NCBI GenBank assembly: GCA_963745075.1
Contig: CAVUWV010000033.1
Location: forward strand, 18,451-82,450
Direction: 5' to 3'
Length of the DNA stretch: 64,000 bases
Source of the DNA: Candidatus Hydrogenedentota bacterium
GTDB lineage: Bacteria; Hydrogenedentota; Hydrogenedentia; Hydrogenedentales; SLHB01
Part shown: positions 38,446-48,566 of the stretch, in pieces
Layout of the letters: each line of letters begins with the position of its first letter
Position numbering within the stretch: position 1 is the stretch's first letter
Notes under the pieces: model-generated
Database searches by the model: none
What the model was told of the DNA's origin: nothing
Seen by the model: only the letters and a program-made list of their open reading frames with translations
Made by a program: the position numbers and the translations under genes

Positions 38446-39384
38446 ATGCATCGTAATTCGCAGGATCGCGTGTTCAAGCAGAAGGCGCTCTATCGATTTG
38501 TCTATTTAGCGTTGACTTTCTGTTTTATCGTGGCCGCACTAGTTACAACGTCTCTGCTCTTTGTGGGTTATCATGTTAAGATCGTGCCTTTGCTATGTCT
38601 CTTATCGTACTTGCATCTATTCCTGTTTGCGTATCCGAGCTACGCACTCATGGGCTCCGTCGTGGTGAGCGACCAATGGATTACATACTGCAACGTGTGG
38701 ATTTGCCGCACCATTCGATTCCGCGACATCACCGAACTGGATGTGAAGCGGGGACGGCAACACATAGGGGTGAAGTCACCTTTCGGTAGAATCTTCTGTG
38801 GGCCAACCTACCAAGACATCGATGAACTCATCGACTTGGTCGAGTCGCGTGTGGCACCGTTTCTCGACTCACGGCGCAGCGAGTTGGCCCGGGCGTCTCG
38901 CAACCTACCTCGGTTTCCCGTGTCAGTACGTATCCGCTGGTGGCAGTTTCCACTGAGTTCCTTCGTTTTAGCCACCGGCAACCTCGGGTTCATTTTGTGG
39001 TTTGGATTGAGGGATATCCCAGAAAAGGGACTTACACTAACGATCACGTTAGTCCTGATCATCTTGTTACCGCTGATAGTGGTCCTTTACGTCATGGGAA
39101 GTCATTACGCCATTTTCGGCGCGAGACGAGTAGTCTTCGGCAGACGATTGCTCGTGATCAAATCCGGAGTTGGTCTACGTACTCGGTCCGTCGATTCCGT
39201 AAAACGAGTGTACCTCAGAGAGGCCGAGCAGAATGCTATCGTTACTCGGAAACTTGTTCTGGAGTTCCACGGTGCTCGTCCCCTGACTATTGGGGAGCGC
39301 CTAGTAAACGTTCCCATCGTCCCACTCTACGAACTTCTCTGCAAGACCTACTGGCCCGAGGGGTATCGCGAGCCTGGGGTGTAG
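38446..39384 (+). CDS. Hypothetical membrane protein (two TM-hairpin plus PH-like units)
   Basis: 312 aa ORF with duplicated 2TM + beta-rich architecture; visibly more AT-rich than neighbours. Confidence 0.6.
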   Translation: MHRNSQDRVFKQKALYRFVYLALTFCFIVAALVTTSLLFVGYHVKIVPLLCLLSYLHLFLFAYPSYALMGSVVVSDQWITYCNVWICRTIRFRDITELDVKRGRQHIGVKSPFGRIFCGPTYQDIDELIDLVESRVAPFLDSRRSELARASRNLPRFPVSVRIRWWQFPLSSFVLATGNLGFILWFGLRDIPEKGLTLTITLVLIILLPLIVVLYVMGSHYAIFGARRVVFGRRLLVIKSGVGLRTRSVDSVKRVYLREAEQNAIVTRKLVLEFHGARPLTIGERLVNVPIVPLYELLCKTYWPEGYREPGV

Positions 39385-39412
39385 GCGCTGCCCGATGGAA
39401 CGTCGATCCTTC

Positions 39413-41830
39413 TCAATTTTTCCGGATGGGCACCCGCGCAAATGTATGGGTTCGCTGAGCGGCAAAGAGACCCGCGATAAGCAATAGCACGAATATGAAA
39501 GGCCACACCCGGAGGGGCACCGCCGGAACGTCGCCGGCATCGTAGGGATTCGAACCGAGTTGGTTCTCGAGCTGGTCCGAGAACCCGTCGCCGTCGGAGT
39601 CCAGGTCGAGATAGTTGGGAATCAGGTCGCCGTCGGGGTCGGTGCCCTCCGGCGCGATGTACTCCGTCGCGTCGAGAATCGTATCACCGTCGCTGTCGGT
39701 GTCCTGATAATTCTGCAGGCCGTCGCCGTCGGCATCGGTCAATCCTTCGGTCGTGTCGGGGATACCATCGCCGTCTTGATCCGCCGTGGCGAGGTATCCG
39801 TACACCTTGATCGACCAGCTGTTCAGCGTTCCCACATTGCTGCTGATGTTGTCGGACACGTTGAGCGTCCATGTTCCGTTCGGGTCCTCACCCATGTGCG
39901 CGACGGACGTAAAGAGCCAGTTGTTGAAGTTTGCTCCAAAGTCATTTGGGCGAACCGCGGCCAGCTTCGACACCATCCCGCTCGGCGCCGTCAATGTAAC
40001 CGCCAGATTACCCCGATACGGGTGCGTGGCGTTGAGCACCACCTCGACGTGCTCGGTAACGAAGTTGGCCGCGCCGGAAATGGTCAGTGGGCGCGAGATG
40101 CCCGCGGGCGTGTTGTCGGGGATGTTCGTTACCACGGCTTCGCTATTCGTGAGCGGGGTGGCCTCTACGGGAACGTCGTACCAGGTTGCCGAGGCATTGA
40201 CCGCCGCCGCCGCGTCCGCGCGTCCGTAGCCGTAGGTGTGGTTGAAGGTTAACCCCGCGCCGTTGGTTTGCCAGTCGGGGTCTGTTGCATCGACTTGTGT
40301 CGCGGTTTCCGCCAGGATGTGCTGCACGTCGCGCCACCCTAGAAAGGGGTTCTCTTCCAGCATCAAGGCTACAATGCCGGACACCAGCGGTGTCGCCGAC
40401 GATGTGCCGCCGAAGTTGGAGATGTATCCATCGTTGATGGTCGTCGTGGTGATACCGGCGTTGATCCAACTCGACGGCGAGCACGTCAGCAACGACGCGC
40501 CGCTTTCGCTGTAGTAGGAGATGTTCCCGTCCGCCCCGATGGCCCCCACACCAATCGTGTACCGGCTCGAGGCGTATCCGTCGAAGTTTGAATAGTCGCC
40601 GCTCAGACGCCCGTTGCCGCCCGCCCAGCAATAGACGATCCCGCGACCGCCCCGGCCGTTCGTAACGCCGTTCTCGATAGCCGCTTTGGTGAGCGGGCCG
40701 AAGGTTTCGAGCCTCGTGCCGTCGTCGTAGGGGCCCCACGAGTTGCTCGAGATCCAGACTCGGTCGGTTTCGAGGGCCGGCGTGACCAGGTAGCCCAGCC
40801 CCTGGGATTCCTGCAGGTCGGTTGCGGGCGCCGCGACCAGGCGGATACCAATCAGCGTCGCATCGAATGCGGCCCCCGTGACGAGTGTCGCATTGTTTCC
40901 TACTGCAGCGGCGACGCCGGCGACAGCGGTTCCGTGGTAGTCCCCGCCTTCGGGTGAAGCGTCGTTGTCCCCGCCATTGATGTCCAGGTCCACATCGGTA
41001 CGGGCATTCGCGGCGAGATCGACGTGGGAGGCTTCCAGGCCGTCGTCGACGATGGCGATCGTTACGCCATCGCCGGTGACTTGGTCCCACGCCGGGACGA
41101 TGTTCACGTCGTTCCCGGCGACTGCGCCCGGACCCGCACTGCCCTGGCCCGTGTTCTGCAAATGCCACTGATCGCCGAACAACGTATCGTTCGGGACGAA
41201 CCGTTTGCTTTGTTGGCGTTTCACTAGCGGGGTCGCGAACTCGACGATACCCGATTCGTACAGCGCGTTTGCGGTTTCCAACGCGCTGAGAAGCGATGTG
41301 CCGGAAGACTGCACGACGTATGTGTTCGGACTGAATTCCACTTCCTGGACGACGGTAACGGCATAACTCCCCGTGATTTCGTCGATGGCATGTCCCGGGG
41401 CCAGCTTTAGACTGAACTGCTGAGTCAACACTTGCGCCGCGTTGGGTTTCCCCGTTTGGCCCGGTGCGTACAAGACCGCCCGGACCGAGTACCCCGCCGC
41501 GCGCAGGTTCTGGGCCGTGATTTCGAGGTCACCTGTGCTCTTTGCTGCCGTCTTCAAGCTGAGATGCAACGTCCCACTCGAGCTTCCGGCACGAAGCGTC
41601 GCATTGGGAAGCAACGTCTTGATATCCTGGGGATTCGCAGTTTTCGGCGGAGTTACCTCGAACTCGTCCAGTGCAACCACCATTTCCACGCGCATATCGC
41701 CGTTATAGTAGTAAACGGATTGCGCGTTCGAAGAATCTGCGGAAGAAGCACCATTGGAATTGGATGAATTCTGCGCCGATGCGCCGACGCCGGCCGTAAC
41801 CAGAAGTACTGCAAAGAACCCCACAAACAT
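39413..41830 (-). CDS. Secreted S8 serine protease, kexin/furin-like, with P-domain, DxDGDG repeats and C-terminal anchor
   Basis: [39 protein letters not shown]-domain H.Y.G.L.V.L.APSG..GTWTL.V.D. Confidence 0.92.
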   Translation of the reverse strand: MFVGFFAVLLVTAGVGASAQNSSNSNGASSADSSNAQSVYYYNGDMRVEMVVALDEFEVTPPKTANPQDIKTLLPNATLRAGSSSGTLHLSLKTAAKSTGDLEITAQNLRAAGYSVRAVLYAPGQTGKPNAAQVLTQQFSLKLAPGHAIDEITGSYAVTVVQEVEFSPNTYVVQSSGTSLLSALETANALYESGIVEFATPLVKRQQSKRFVPNDTLFGDQWHLQNTGQGSAGPGAVAGNDVNIVPAWDQVTGDGVTIAIVDDGLEASHVDLAANARTDVDLDINGGDNDASPEGGDYHGTAVAGVAAAVGNNATLVTGAAFDATLIGIRLVAAPATDLQESQGLGYLVTPALETDRVWISSNSWGPYDDGTRLETFGPLTKAAIENGVTNGRGGRGIVYCWAGGNGRLSGDYSNFDGYASSRYTIGVGAIGADGNISYYSESGASLLTCSPSSWINAGITTTTINDGYISNFGGTSSATPLVSGIVALMLEENPFLGWRDVQHILAETATQVDATDPDWQTNGAGLTFNHTYGYGRADAAAAVNASATWYDVPVEATPLTNSEAVVTNIPDNTPAGISRPLTISGAANFVTEHVEVVLNATHPYRGNLAVTLTAPSGMVSKLAAVRPNDFGANFNNWLFTSVAHMGEDPNGTWTLNVSDNISSNVGTLNSWSIKVYGYLATADQDGDGIPDTTEGLTDADGDGLQNYQDTDSDGDTILDATEYIAPEGTDPDGDLIPNYLDLDSDGDGFSDQLENQLGSNPYDAGDVPAVPLRVWPFIFVLLLIAGLFAAQRTHTFARVPIRKN

Positions 41831-42132
41831 TCTCAAGAAGATACCCTCCACCCAATGTGCTTTCCGGCTGCAATCATCGCGGACACAAGAGTATACCAGC
41901 ATTTGAAGCGAACGTGCCGGTACACTGTTGACTTTCTATTTGCCGATCTTTCACCACCCGGGAGAAACTATACCGCCGAAAATGGGCGAAATCGTTGACT
42001 TTCGGAAGGTTATCTGGCTAACCTGTGGCCCTTGGCGCAGGGGACATTTTGACCGGCCCGCACAGCGTTTTGACGAGCATTCGTTTTGGCAGCTGCATGC
42101 CAAACCGCTCGAATTTGAAGGAGAACCCGACC

Positions 42133-43251
42133 ATGGCCGACGACGACTTGAAAGCGCAATACCGGACCCGCACCGAAGGCAGTTTCCCGGCCTCTTTCGA
42201 CGCAATGGGACGTACTTACGAGAAGGTGGAGGATCTCCGATACGGCACCAATCCCCATCAACCCGCCGCCTTCTATCGACCTGCGGACGGTAAGAATCTC
42301 GTCCTGGGCGCCCACGAGATCCTCAAGACGGGCAAGAGCGGTCTCTCCCAGACCAACATTGAAGACATGCATCACGCGGTCGGAATCCTGAAATACTTGC
42401 AACGCCCCGCGTGTGCCGTAATGAAGCATTGCAACCCGTCCGGCGTCGCCATGCAGGTCGATGACATCCCGCTTGTCACGGTGTATGAGCGCGCCCGGGA
42501 CTCGGATGCGCAGGCCGCGTTCGGCAGCGTCGTGGTCTTTAATCGGGCGGTAGACGGGGACACCGCGGAAGCGATCATGCAGACTATCGTCGAAGGGGTG
42601 GCCGCGCCCGGATTCGATGACGCCGCCCTGGAAATACTGCAGAATTTCGAGAAGTTTAGACGCAACAAAGAACTACGCGTAATCAAGCTGCCAGATTTCT
42701 CGAAGCTTCCCAAGTTCCTGGACGACGAGTCCGCCGCGTGGGAGATGAAAGTCTTCGACGACGGCAGCATCGTGCTGGCCCAGCCCTACCTCTCGCGCGT
42801 ACGATCTGTCAAAGACTTCGTACCCGCCTATTGCGACCACAAGAAACACGGTCGCATCGACATCGCGCGGCCGGCGACCATCCGTGAACTCGACGATCTC
42901 TTGTTCGCGTGGTACGTGAACATCCACGTTCGGTCGAACGGGTGTGTCATCGCCCACCACGGGCAGACCCTGGCCGTCGGCACGGGTGAGCAAGACCGGG
43001 TCGGCGCGGTCGAGCAAGCCATCGCTAAAGCGCGCTCCAAATATAAGGGCACGGAATCGCTCAATGGCGCGGTGCTCGCGTCCGACGGCTTCTTCCCGTT
43101 CCGGGACGCGGTAGACGCGGCAACGAAGGCGGGTATCAGCGCATTCGTCCAACCCGGAGGCAGCGTAAACGATTATGACGTGATCGCGGCCTGCAACGAA
43201 TCGAGTGCGGCCATGGTATTCTCATTGGAGCGGTGTTTCTCGCATCATTAA
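42133..43251 (+). CDS. purH: PurH-like protein, AICAR transformylase domain only
   Basis: LRYGTNPHQPAAFY, KHCNPSG, AFGSVV, RSN, ASDGFFPFRD, QPGGSVND; no N-terminal MGS/IMPCH domain. Confidence 0.8.
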   Translation: MADDDLKAQYRTRTEGSFPASFDAMGRTYEKVEDLRYGTNPHQPAAFYRPADGKNLVLGAHEILKTGKSGLSQTNIEDMHHAVGILKYLQRPACAVMKHCNPSGVAMQVDDIPLVTVYERARDSDAQAAFGSVVVFNRAVDGDTAEAIMQTIVEGVAAPGFDDAALEILQNFEKFRRNKELRVIKLPDFSKLPKFLDDESAAWEMKVFDDGSIVLAQPYLSRVRSVKDFVPAYCDHKKHGRIDIARPATIRELDDLLFAWYVNIHVRSNGCVIAHHGQTLAVGTGEQDRVGAVEQAIAKARSKYKGTESLNGAVLASDGFFPFRDAVDAATKAGISAFVQPGGSVNDYDVIAACNESSAAMVFSLERCFSHH

Positions 43252-43272
43252 TCACACCACACGGGAGTACGC

Positions 43273-44250
43273 ATGCCAAACACATTGCGATGGGGCATAC
43301 TGGGCACGGCGCACATTGCGCCGGCGTTCATCAAGGGGGTCCGTCAAAGTACCAACGGAGTTGTCGCCGCCGTTGCCAGCCGCGACGCACAACGCGCCCG
43401 GGCGTGGGCCGAACAACAAGATATTCCAAGGTCATTTGGGTCTTACGAGTCCTTGCTGGAATCCGGCGAAGTCGACGCGGTCTACATCCCATTACCGAAC
43501 AGCCTGCACGTGGAGTGGTGCATCCGAAGTTTGCGGGCCGGCGTGCCGGTGCTCTGCGAAAAACCGCTCGCAGCGAATGCGAACGAAGCCCGTCAAATCC
43601 AGCGCGTCGCGGAAGCAACCGGCCTGCCGTGCGCCGAGGCGTTCATGTACCGCTTTCACCCGCTGTACGACCAGTTGGTGGGACTGCTCCTGAAGGGAAT
43701 CATCGGCAACATTGTGTCCGTCCGAAGCGCATTTTCCTTTTACCTCGGCGACCGGAGTGAGATCCCCGCTTCGGCCGAACTCGCCGGCGGGGCACTCATG
43801 GACGTGGGGTGTTATTGCGTCAACCTCGCGCGCCTTGTGCTGAGCGCCGAGCCGGAGGGCGCATTTGCCTTCGAGCGGCGCTCGACAGTGGACGACACGC
43901 TGGTCGGTGTACTTCAATTCCCGGACCGCGTCCTCGCCCAGGTGGAATGCAGCATTGAAGCATACGACCGGTCCGGAGCCGAGATTGTGGGGTCGGAAGG
44001 AGTCATCGTCCTCGAGAACCCCTGGTTTCCGGGTGAAGATGCCGGCGAAATCATCGTCCGGCGGGATGCTAAAGAGGAACGCATTGCCACCCCCGGGGGG
44101 AACGGCTACCACCTTGAGGTGGAGGATTTTGCCGACGCGGTCTTATCAGGCCGGCCCCCGAGGTGGACTCTTGACGACGCCGTTGGAAACATGGCGGCAA
44201 TTGACGCGTTGCTTCACTCCGCCCGTTTCGGAGCACCCGCTGTAGTTTAG
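43273..44250 (+). CDS. Gfo/Idh/MocA oxidoreductase
   Basis: RWGILGTAHIA, YIPLPNSLH, LCEKPLA, GGALMDVGCY. Confidence 0.9.
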   Translation: MPNTLRWGILGTAHIAPAFIKGVRQSTNGVVAAVASRDAQRARAWAEQQDIPRSFGSYESLLESGEVDAVYIPLPNSLHVEWCIRSLRAGVPVLCEKPLAANANEARQIQRVAEATGLPCAEAFMYRFHPLYDQLVGLLLKGIIGNIVSVRSAFSFYLGDRSEIPASAELAGGALMDVGCYCVNLARLVLSAEPEGAFAFERRSTVDDTLVGVLQFPDRVLAQVECSIEAYDRSGAEIVGSEGVIVLENPWFPGEDAGEIIVRRDAKEERIATPGGNGYHLEVEDFADAVLSGRPPRWTLDDAVGNMAAIDALLHSARFGAPAVV

Positions 44251-44462
44251 CGATAACTGCGGGCCACGTGTCGCGGACAGTGAGTAAATCCATTTTTCCG
44301 CGGGTCTTGATATACGTTTGAGGCATACCGGGTAAATTAATTTTGTTTCCTAAGCGTGATATCTACGCTAAGTGACAAATCAATCACATTTTCCGTGGCA
44401 TAATTACGTGGTGTCTCGATGGGACTGCGAGGCATCGGCGACACGGAGGTATAGCGCCAAAT

Positions 44463-45425
44463 ATGTTTGCGAATAAGACCAGCGCAAATCTCATGCTGTT
44501 GACCCTTGTGCTGACGCTCGGCACCTTCCTGCTCGACAGTTGGTTGCCGGTGGGCGTCGCAGGGGGGGTGCCATATGTCGTCGTCGTGTTGATCTCACTC
44601 TGGTCGCCGGACCGCCGGTATACGATCACGGTCGCCGCCTGTTGCACTCTGCTGGTGGCGCTGGGCCATTTCTACGCCGAGGGAGATGTCGCCAATCATG
44701 CGGCGGTGCTGGACCGGGGGCTGGCTATCGTGGCGATTTGGGCGGCGGCGTTGTTGTCGTTGCGCCGGAAATCCATAGAGGATCAACTGCGCCAGAGCCA
44801 GGCTCGCTATGCGTCGATTGTGGCCCACGCGGGATTGGGCATCATCATGATCGACGGGAATGGCCGGATCGATTCGTTGAATCCTGCCGCTGCGAGCATG
44901 TTTGGCCGTTCCCCCAGCGAGCTGGTGGGCAAGACCTTCGTCGAGGTCGTCGCCCCGAAATACCGGACGGAATTGAAGGACTACCTGATCACGTATCTGA
45001 ATACCAAAGAACGCGCGATCATTCAGCGCGACCTAGAGGTGCAGGGGCTGCGGAAAGGCGAAATCACCTTTCCCATGGAAATCAGCGTCGGGGAAGTTCC
45101 ATTGCCAAACCAATCGCTGTTCGTTGCGGTGGTCCGCGATATTACCGAGCGCTACCACATAGAACAGGAGCGCGTCCACCTGATTGGCGAACTGAAGAAA
45201 GCGTTGACCGATGTACGGACCTTGGGGGGGTTGATCCCCATTTGTGCGTCCTGTAAGAAGATCCGTGACGACCAAGGATATTGGGAACAGATCGAGGTCT
45301 ACATTCGCGATCACTCGGACGCGCAATTCTCACACAGCCTGTGCCCCCAGTGCGTGAAAGAACTCTATCCCGAGCTTGACGAGGACGCCGCCGCCGCGGC
45401 GGACAAAGGGCAGCGCGCTTCGTAG
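44463..45425 (+). CDS. Membrane PAS-domain protein with C-terminal CxxC..H..CxxC module
   Basis: N-terminal TMs, PAS (NPAAASMFG..ELVG..VVRDITER), GLIPICASCKKIRDDQGYW..FSHSLCPQC. Confidence 0.85.
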   Translation: MFANKTSANLMLLTLVLTLGTFLLDSWLPVGVAGGVPYVVVVLISLWSPDRRYTITVAACCTLLVALGHFYAEGDVANHAAVLDRGLAIVAIWAAALLSLRRKSIEDQLRQSQARYASIVAHAGLGIIMIDGNGRIDSLNPAAASMFGRSPSELVGKTFVEVVAPKYRTELKDYLITYLNTKERAIIQRDLEVQGLRKGEITFPMEISVGEVPLPNQSLFVAVVRDITERYHIEQERVHLIGELKKALTDVRTLGGLIPICASCKKIRDDQGYWEQIEVYIRDHSDAQFSHSLCPQCVKELYPELDEDAAAAADKGQRAS

Positions 45426-45458
45426 CCGAGCCGTTGCGGAACCGCCGCGCGAACGTAA

Positions 45459-46439
45459 TCACCACCGGATCATCGCCGACGCCCAAGTCAATCCCGCGCC
45501 GAACGCTGCCAGAAGGACTAAGTCGCCCTCTTTGAGACGCCCCTCGATGCGGGCCTGATCCAACGCAATGGGGATGGATGCAGCGCTCGTATTGGCGACT
45601 TTGTCGAGATTCAGATAGATCTTTTCCTTTGGCAGCCCGATTCGTTCCGCCGCAGCCTCGATGATTCGGCGGTTCGCCTGGTGGGGAACGAACAAGTCGA
45701 TATCGGATGGGGATACATTGGCGCCCTGCAAGGCCTTATCCACCGCGTCACCAAATGCAAAGACCGCCCGCTTATACAACTCCCGTCCGTTCATCCGAAT
45801 GCTGCGGTCCAATTCGTTAATGTTCTCCGGGGTAAGGGCGTAACGCGCGCCGCCGACCGGGATGGAAAGGATGTTGGCCCCGCTGCCGTCCGATGCGGCG
45901 AACGTCGTAAGAATCCCCTTCTCCCCGTCTTCCGCGCGCACGACCACGGCCCCGGCTCCGTCTCCGAACAACACGGCCGTGTCCCGTTTGGTCCAATCCA
46001 GGCGTGCGGTCATCTCTTCCGCGCCAATGACGAGAATTGTGCGATGGACCCCGGACCGGATGAACGCGTCGGCGACTTGCAGCCCGTATACGAACCCCGA
46101 ACACGCGGCATTCAAGTCGCAGGCGCCGGCGTTGCGCGCGCGCAAATTTTCCTGGATCAAACACGCCGCAGACGGCATCAGGAAATCCGGTGTCAGCGTG
46201 GCGCAGATGATGTAATCGACGTCACTTGCCCCTATCCCCGCGCGTTCGAGGGCCTGCCGGGCGGCGTGCGTTGCCAGGTCGGAGACGAACTCGTCATCCG
46301 CCGCGACGTGGCGTTGGAAGATTCCGGTGCGTTGGCGGACCCATTCGTCCGTCGTATCCATCATCTTTTCGAGATCGAAATTGGTCAGTACCCGTTCGGG
46401 AAGATAGTGTCCGGTTCCAATAATTCGTGAACGTATCAT
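45459..46439 (-). CDS. fabH: 3-oxoacyl-ACP synthase III
   Basis: AACSGF, LFGDGAGA, PHQAN, NTSAASIP, FGAGLTW. Confidence 0.95.
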   Translation of the reverse strand: MIRSRIIGTGHYLPERVLTNFDLEKMMDTTDEWVRQRTGIFQRHVAADDEFVSDLATHAARQALERAGIGASDVDYIICATLTPDFLMPSAACLIQENLRARNAGACDLNAACSGFVYGLQVADAFIRSGVHRTILVIGAEEMTARLDWTKRDTAVLFGDGAGAVVVRAEDGEKGILTTFAASDGSGANILSIPVGGARYALTPENINELDRSIRMNGRELYKRAVFAFGDAVDKALQGANVSPSDIDLFVPHQANRRIIEAAAERIGLPKEKIYLNLDKVANTSAASIPIALDQARIEGRLKEGDLVLLAAFGAGLTWASAMIRW

Positions 46440-46642
46440 CGTTTCCCTCGTCACATGGAGTTGGCGCGCAATAGGTTCTGAATGTCCGTGCGGACAATTG
46501 CGGCGAAGTATAGCAGACCGGCCTACGCGGTCTCAGCTTCGGATGGCTGAACGGTACGATTTGCCGTGAATTTTGGGGGCGCGATGTGCTACATCGTTCA
46601 TCGCAAGGAAACGGTCCCCGCAATCCAGGAGAGGAGAATACC

Positions 46643-47011
46643 ATGCCTACCCATATCGCCAAGCCCACTGTCATTGAAGCGGCGGGCAACGTCCCCAAGA
46701 CCATCCGCGAGTACATCGGTCGCGTGAATTCGGGCACGGATACACTAAGCGTGGCCCACATGTCGAGTCCGTCAGGATGGGTAGAGCCGGGCCAGCGCCC
46801 GGAGTTTGACGAGTTCACGGTGGTCTTAAGTGGCGCGCTGCACGTAACCGCTGAGGATGGTTCGACGACCGAAGTCGGGTCCGGTGAAGCGGTCATCGCG
46901 CATAAGGGTCAATGGGTCCAATACAGCACTCCGGGACCGGAAGGGGCTGATTACATCGCGGTATGCCTTCCCGCATTCTCGCCCGAGTCGGTGCATCGCG
47001 ACGCGGAATGA
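46643..47011 (+). CDS. Cupin domain protein
   Basis: EYIGRVNSG, EPGQRPEFDE, YIAVCLPAFSP; gaggag RBS. Confidence 0.85.
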   Translation: MPTHIAKPTVIEAAGNVPKTIREYIGRVNSGTDTLSVAHMSSPSGWVEPGQRPEFDEFTVVLSGALHVTAEDGSTTEVGSGEAVIAHKGQWVQYSTPGPEGADYIAVCLPAFSPESVHRDAE

Positions 47012-47081
47012 GCGATGCGCGCGCGAGCGGCGGCCTCGATTCACGGCACGGCCGCCGCCCGGCAAACGGAAATTTGGGTTG

Positions 47082-47675
47082 TTACCCCTTTTTGGTTTCT
47101 GCGAGCGCTTTTTCGATATCTTTGGTAACGGCTTCGTCCGTCGGTTTGACTTTCGACTCGTAGCGCGAGACGATCTTCCCGTCCTTGTCCACGAGAAATT
47201 TGGTGAAGTTCCACTTGATTTCCCCGCCGGTGTCCGGGAATCGTTTCGTGTCGGTTAGGAACGCGTAAAGCGGCGCCTTTTCCTCGCCCTTCACCGGGAT
47301 CTTGGAAAACAGCGGGAACTTTACATCGTAATTCTCGGTGCAGAACAGTTTGATCTCTGAATCCGTGCCGGGCTCTTGCCCTCCGAAGTCGTTGGACGGA
47401 AAGGCCAGGATCTCGAATCCCTTGTCCTTGTACTTCTCGTACACCCCCTCGAGATCAGCGTATTGCGGCGTATACCCGCATTTGGACGCGGTGTTTACAA
47501 TGAGGAGGACTTTCCCCGCATATTTGTCCTTCAATTTCACCTCTTTGCCGTTGATATCTTTCACCGTGAAATCCAGGACCGAGTGGGGGCTCGCGTCGCC
47601 GGGGTCCTCGGCGACGGCGGCAGGAAGAATTCCCGCGATGGCTAAAACGATGATGGGTAATGACTTACTCGACAT
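47082..47675 (-). CDS. Glutathione peroxidase (Cys type, with signal peptide)
   Basis: NTASKCGYTPQY, FPSNDFGGQEPG, IKWNFTKFLV. Confidence 0.92.
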   Translation of the reverse strand: MSSKSLPIIVLAIAGILPAAVAEDPGDASPHSVLDFTVKDINGKEVKLKDKYAGKVLLIVNTASKCGYTPQYADLEGVYEKYKDKGFEILAFPSNDFGGQEPGTDSEIKLFCTENYDVKFPLFSKIPVKGEEKAPLYAFLTDTKRFPDTGGEIKWNFTKFLVDKDGKIVSRYESKVKPTDEAVTKDIEKALAETKKG

Positions 47676-47792
47676 GGTGGGGATCCTCCTCGGGTGAGAC
47701 CATTTGAATCGTTTGCGTAAGCGACGTACCGTGGAAGGATAACAATTGGACAGGAGATTTTCTGCCGGGAACTGCCGAAGATGAGACAACCG

Positions 47793-48566
47793 TTACCGGC
47801 GACGAATCCACGCTATGGTTCCGTACTTCTCGGCGACGAGCTTGCGTACCGCCTTCAACTCCGCGCGCGTCGGTTTACTGGGAGTTGAATCGACCCCAAA
47901 GACCGTTCGTATCAATCCCCGTAATTCGTCCGGCGGCAAGGTCAGGCTCTTGATGAAACCCCGATGAGTCCGCGCTCCGCGGTACTGGGGTCGATCGGAG
48001 GGTTCCTTGAGGTACCTTTCGACCAACTCGGGATCCATCCCGTAGAGCAACGTGCCGTGGTGAAGAATTGCATGCCGACGGCGTTTTTGGGCGTTACCCG
48101 AAATCTTCCGGCCGCGCACCGCGATGTCCGACGTCCCCTTGTGTTTTGCGGCGACTCCGCGCCGGACCAATGCCTCGCACACGCGGTCGAGAATGTGACA
48201 ATACGAACCTCGAATCGTGGATACCTCGGGGTGACGTTCGTGCGTGAGCGCGAGGGTAAAATTCAAACAGCCGGGTCCTTGCAACACACACCCGCCCGCC
48301 GAGCATCGTCGTAGAATGGGAATGTTGTCCTCGTCGCAGGCGCGTTCGTGCACGTGTTCCCGTAGCGTCTGGGACACACCCAGCACCACGAAGTTGGTCG
48401 GGCTTTCCCAGAAGCGCAGCACTTCCCGGCCACTCGTTTCGGCGCGGTCCAGCAGGACTTCCTCGTACGCGAGGTTTTCTTCCGGAGTCCCAAGGGTCGC
48501 GTCAACCAGCCGGATGGACCGGCCGGCCGCGGATTCAGAACGGGGCGAAAGAGCTTTTTCGTTCAT
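47793..48566 (-). CDS. Lipoate-protein ligase family (LplA/LipM)
   Basis: RRCSAGGCV, KISGNAQ, HHGTLL. Confidence 0.88.
   Translation of the reverse strand: MNEKALSPRSESAAGRSIRLVDATLGTPEENLAYEEVLLDRAETSGREVLRFWESPTNFVVLGVSQTLREHVHERACDEDNIPILRRCSAGGCVLQGPGCLNFTLALTHERHPEVSTIRGSYCHILDRVCEALVRRGVAAKHKGTSDIAVRGRKISGNAQKRRRHAILHHGTLLYGMDPELVERYLKEPSDRPQYRGARTHRGFIKSLTLPPDELRGLIRTVFGVDSTPSKPTRAELKAVRKLVAEKYGTIAWIRRR

Noticed and set aside
41900..42132. ZTP riboswitch upstream of the purH-like gene
   Set aside because: No GACUGGCG or CGCCUGGGC segments found
44371..44388. CRP/FNR-like site gtga-N8-tcaca
   Set aside because: Spacer is 8 bp rather than the canonical 6; not supportable alone
47082..47675. 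Selenocysteine glutathione peroxidase
   Set aside because: The active site is encoded as Cys (ASKCG) with no in-frame TGA
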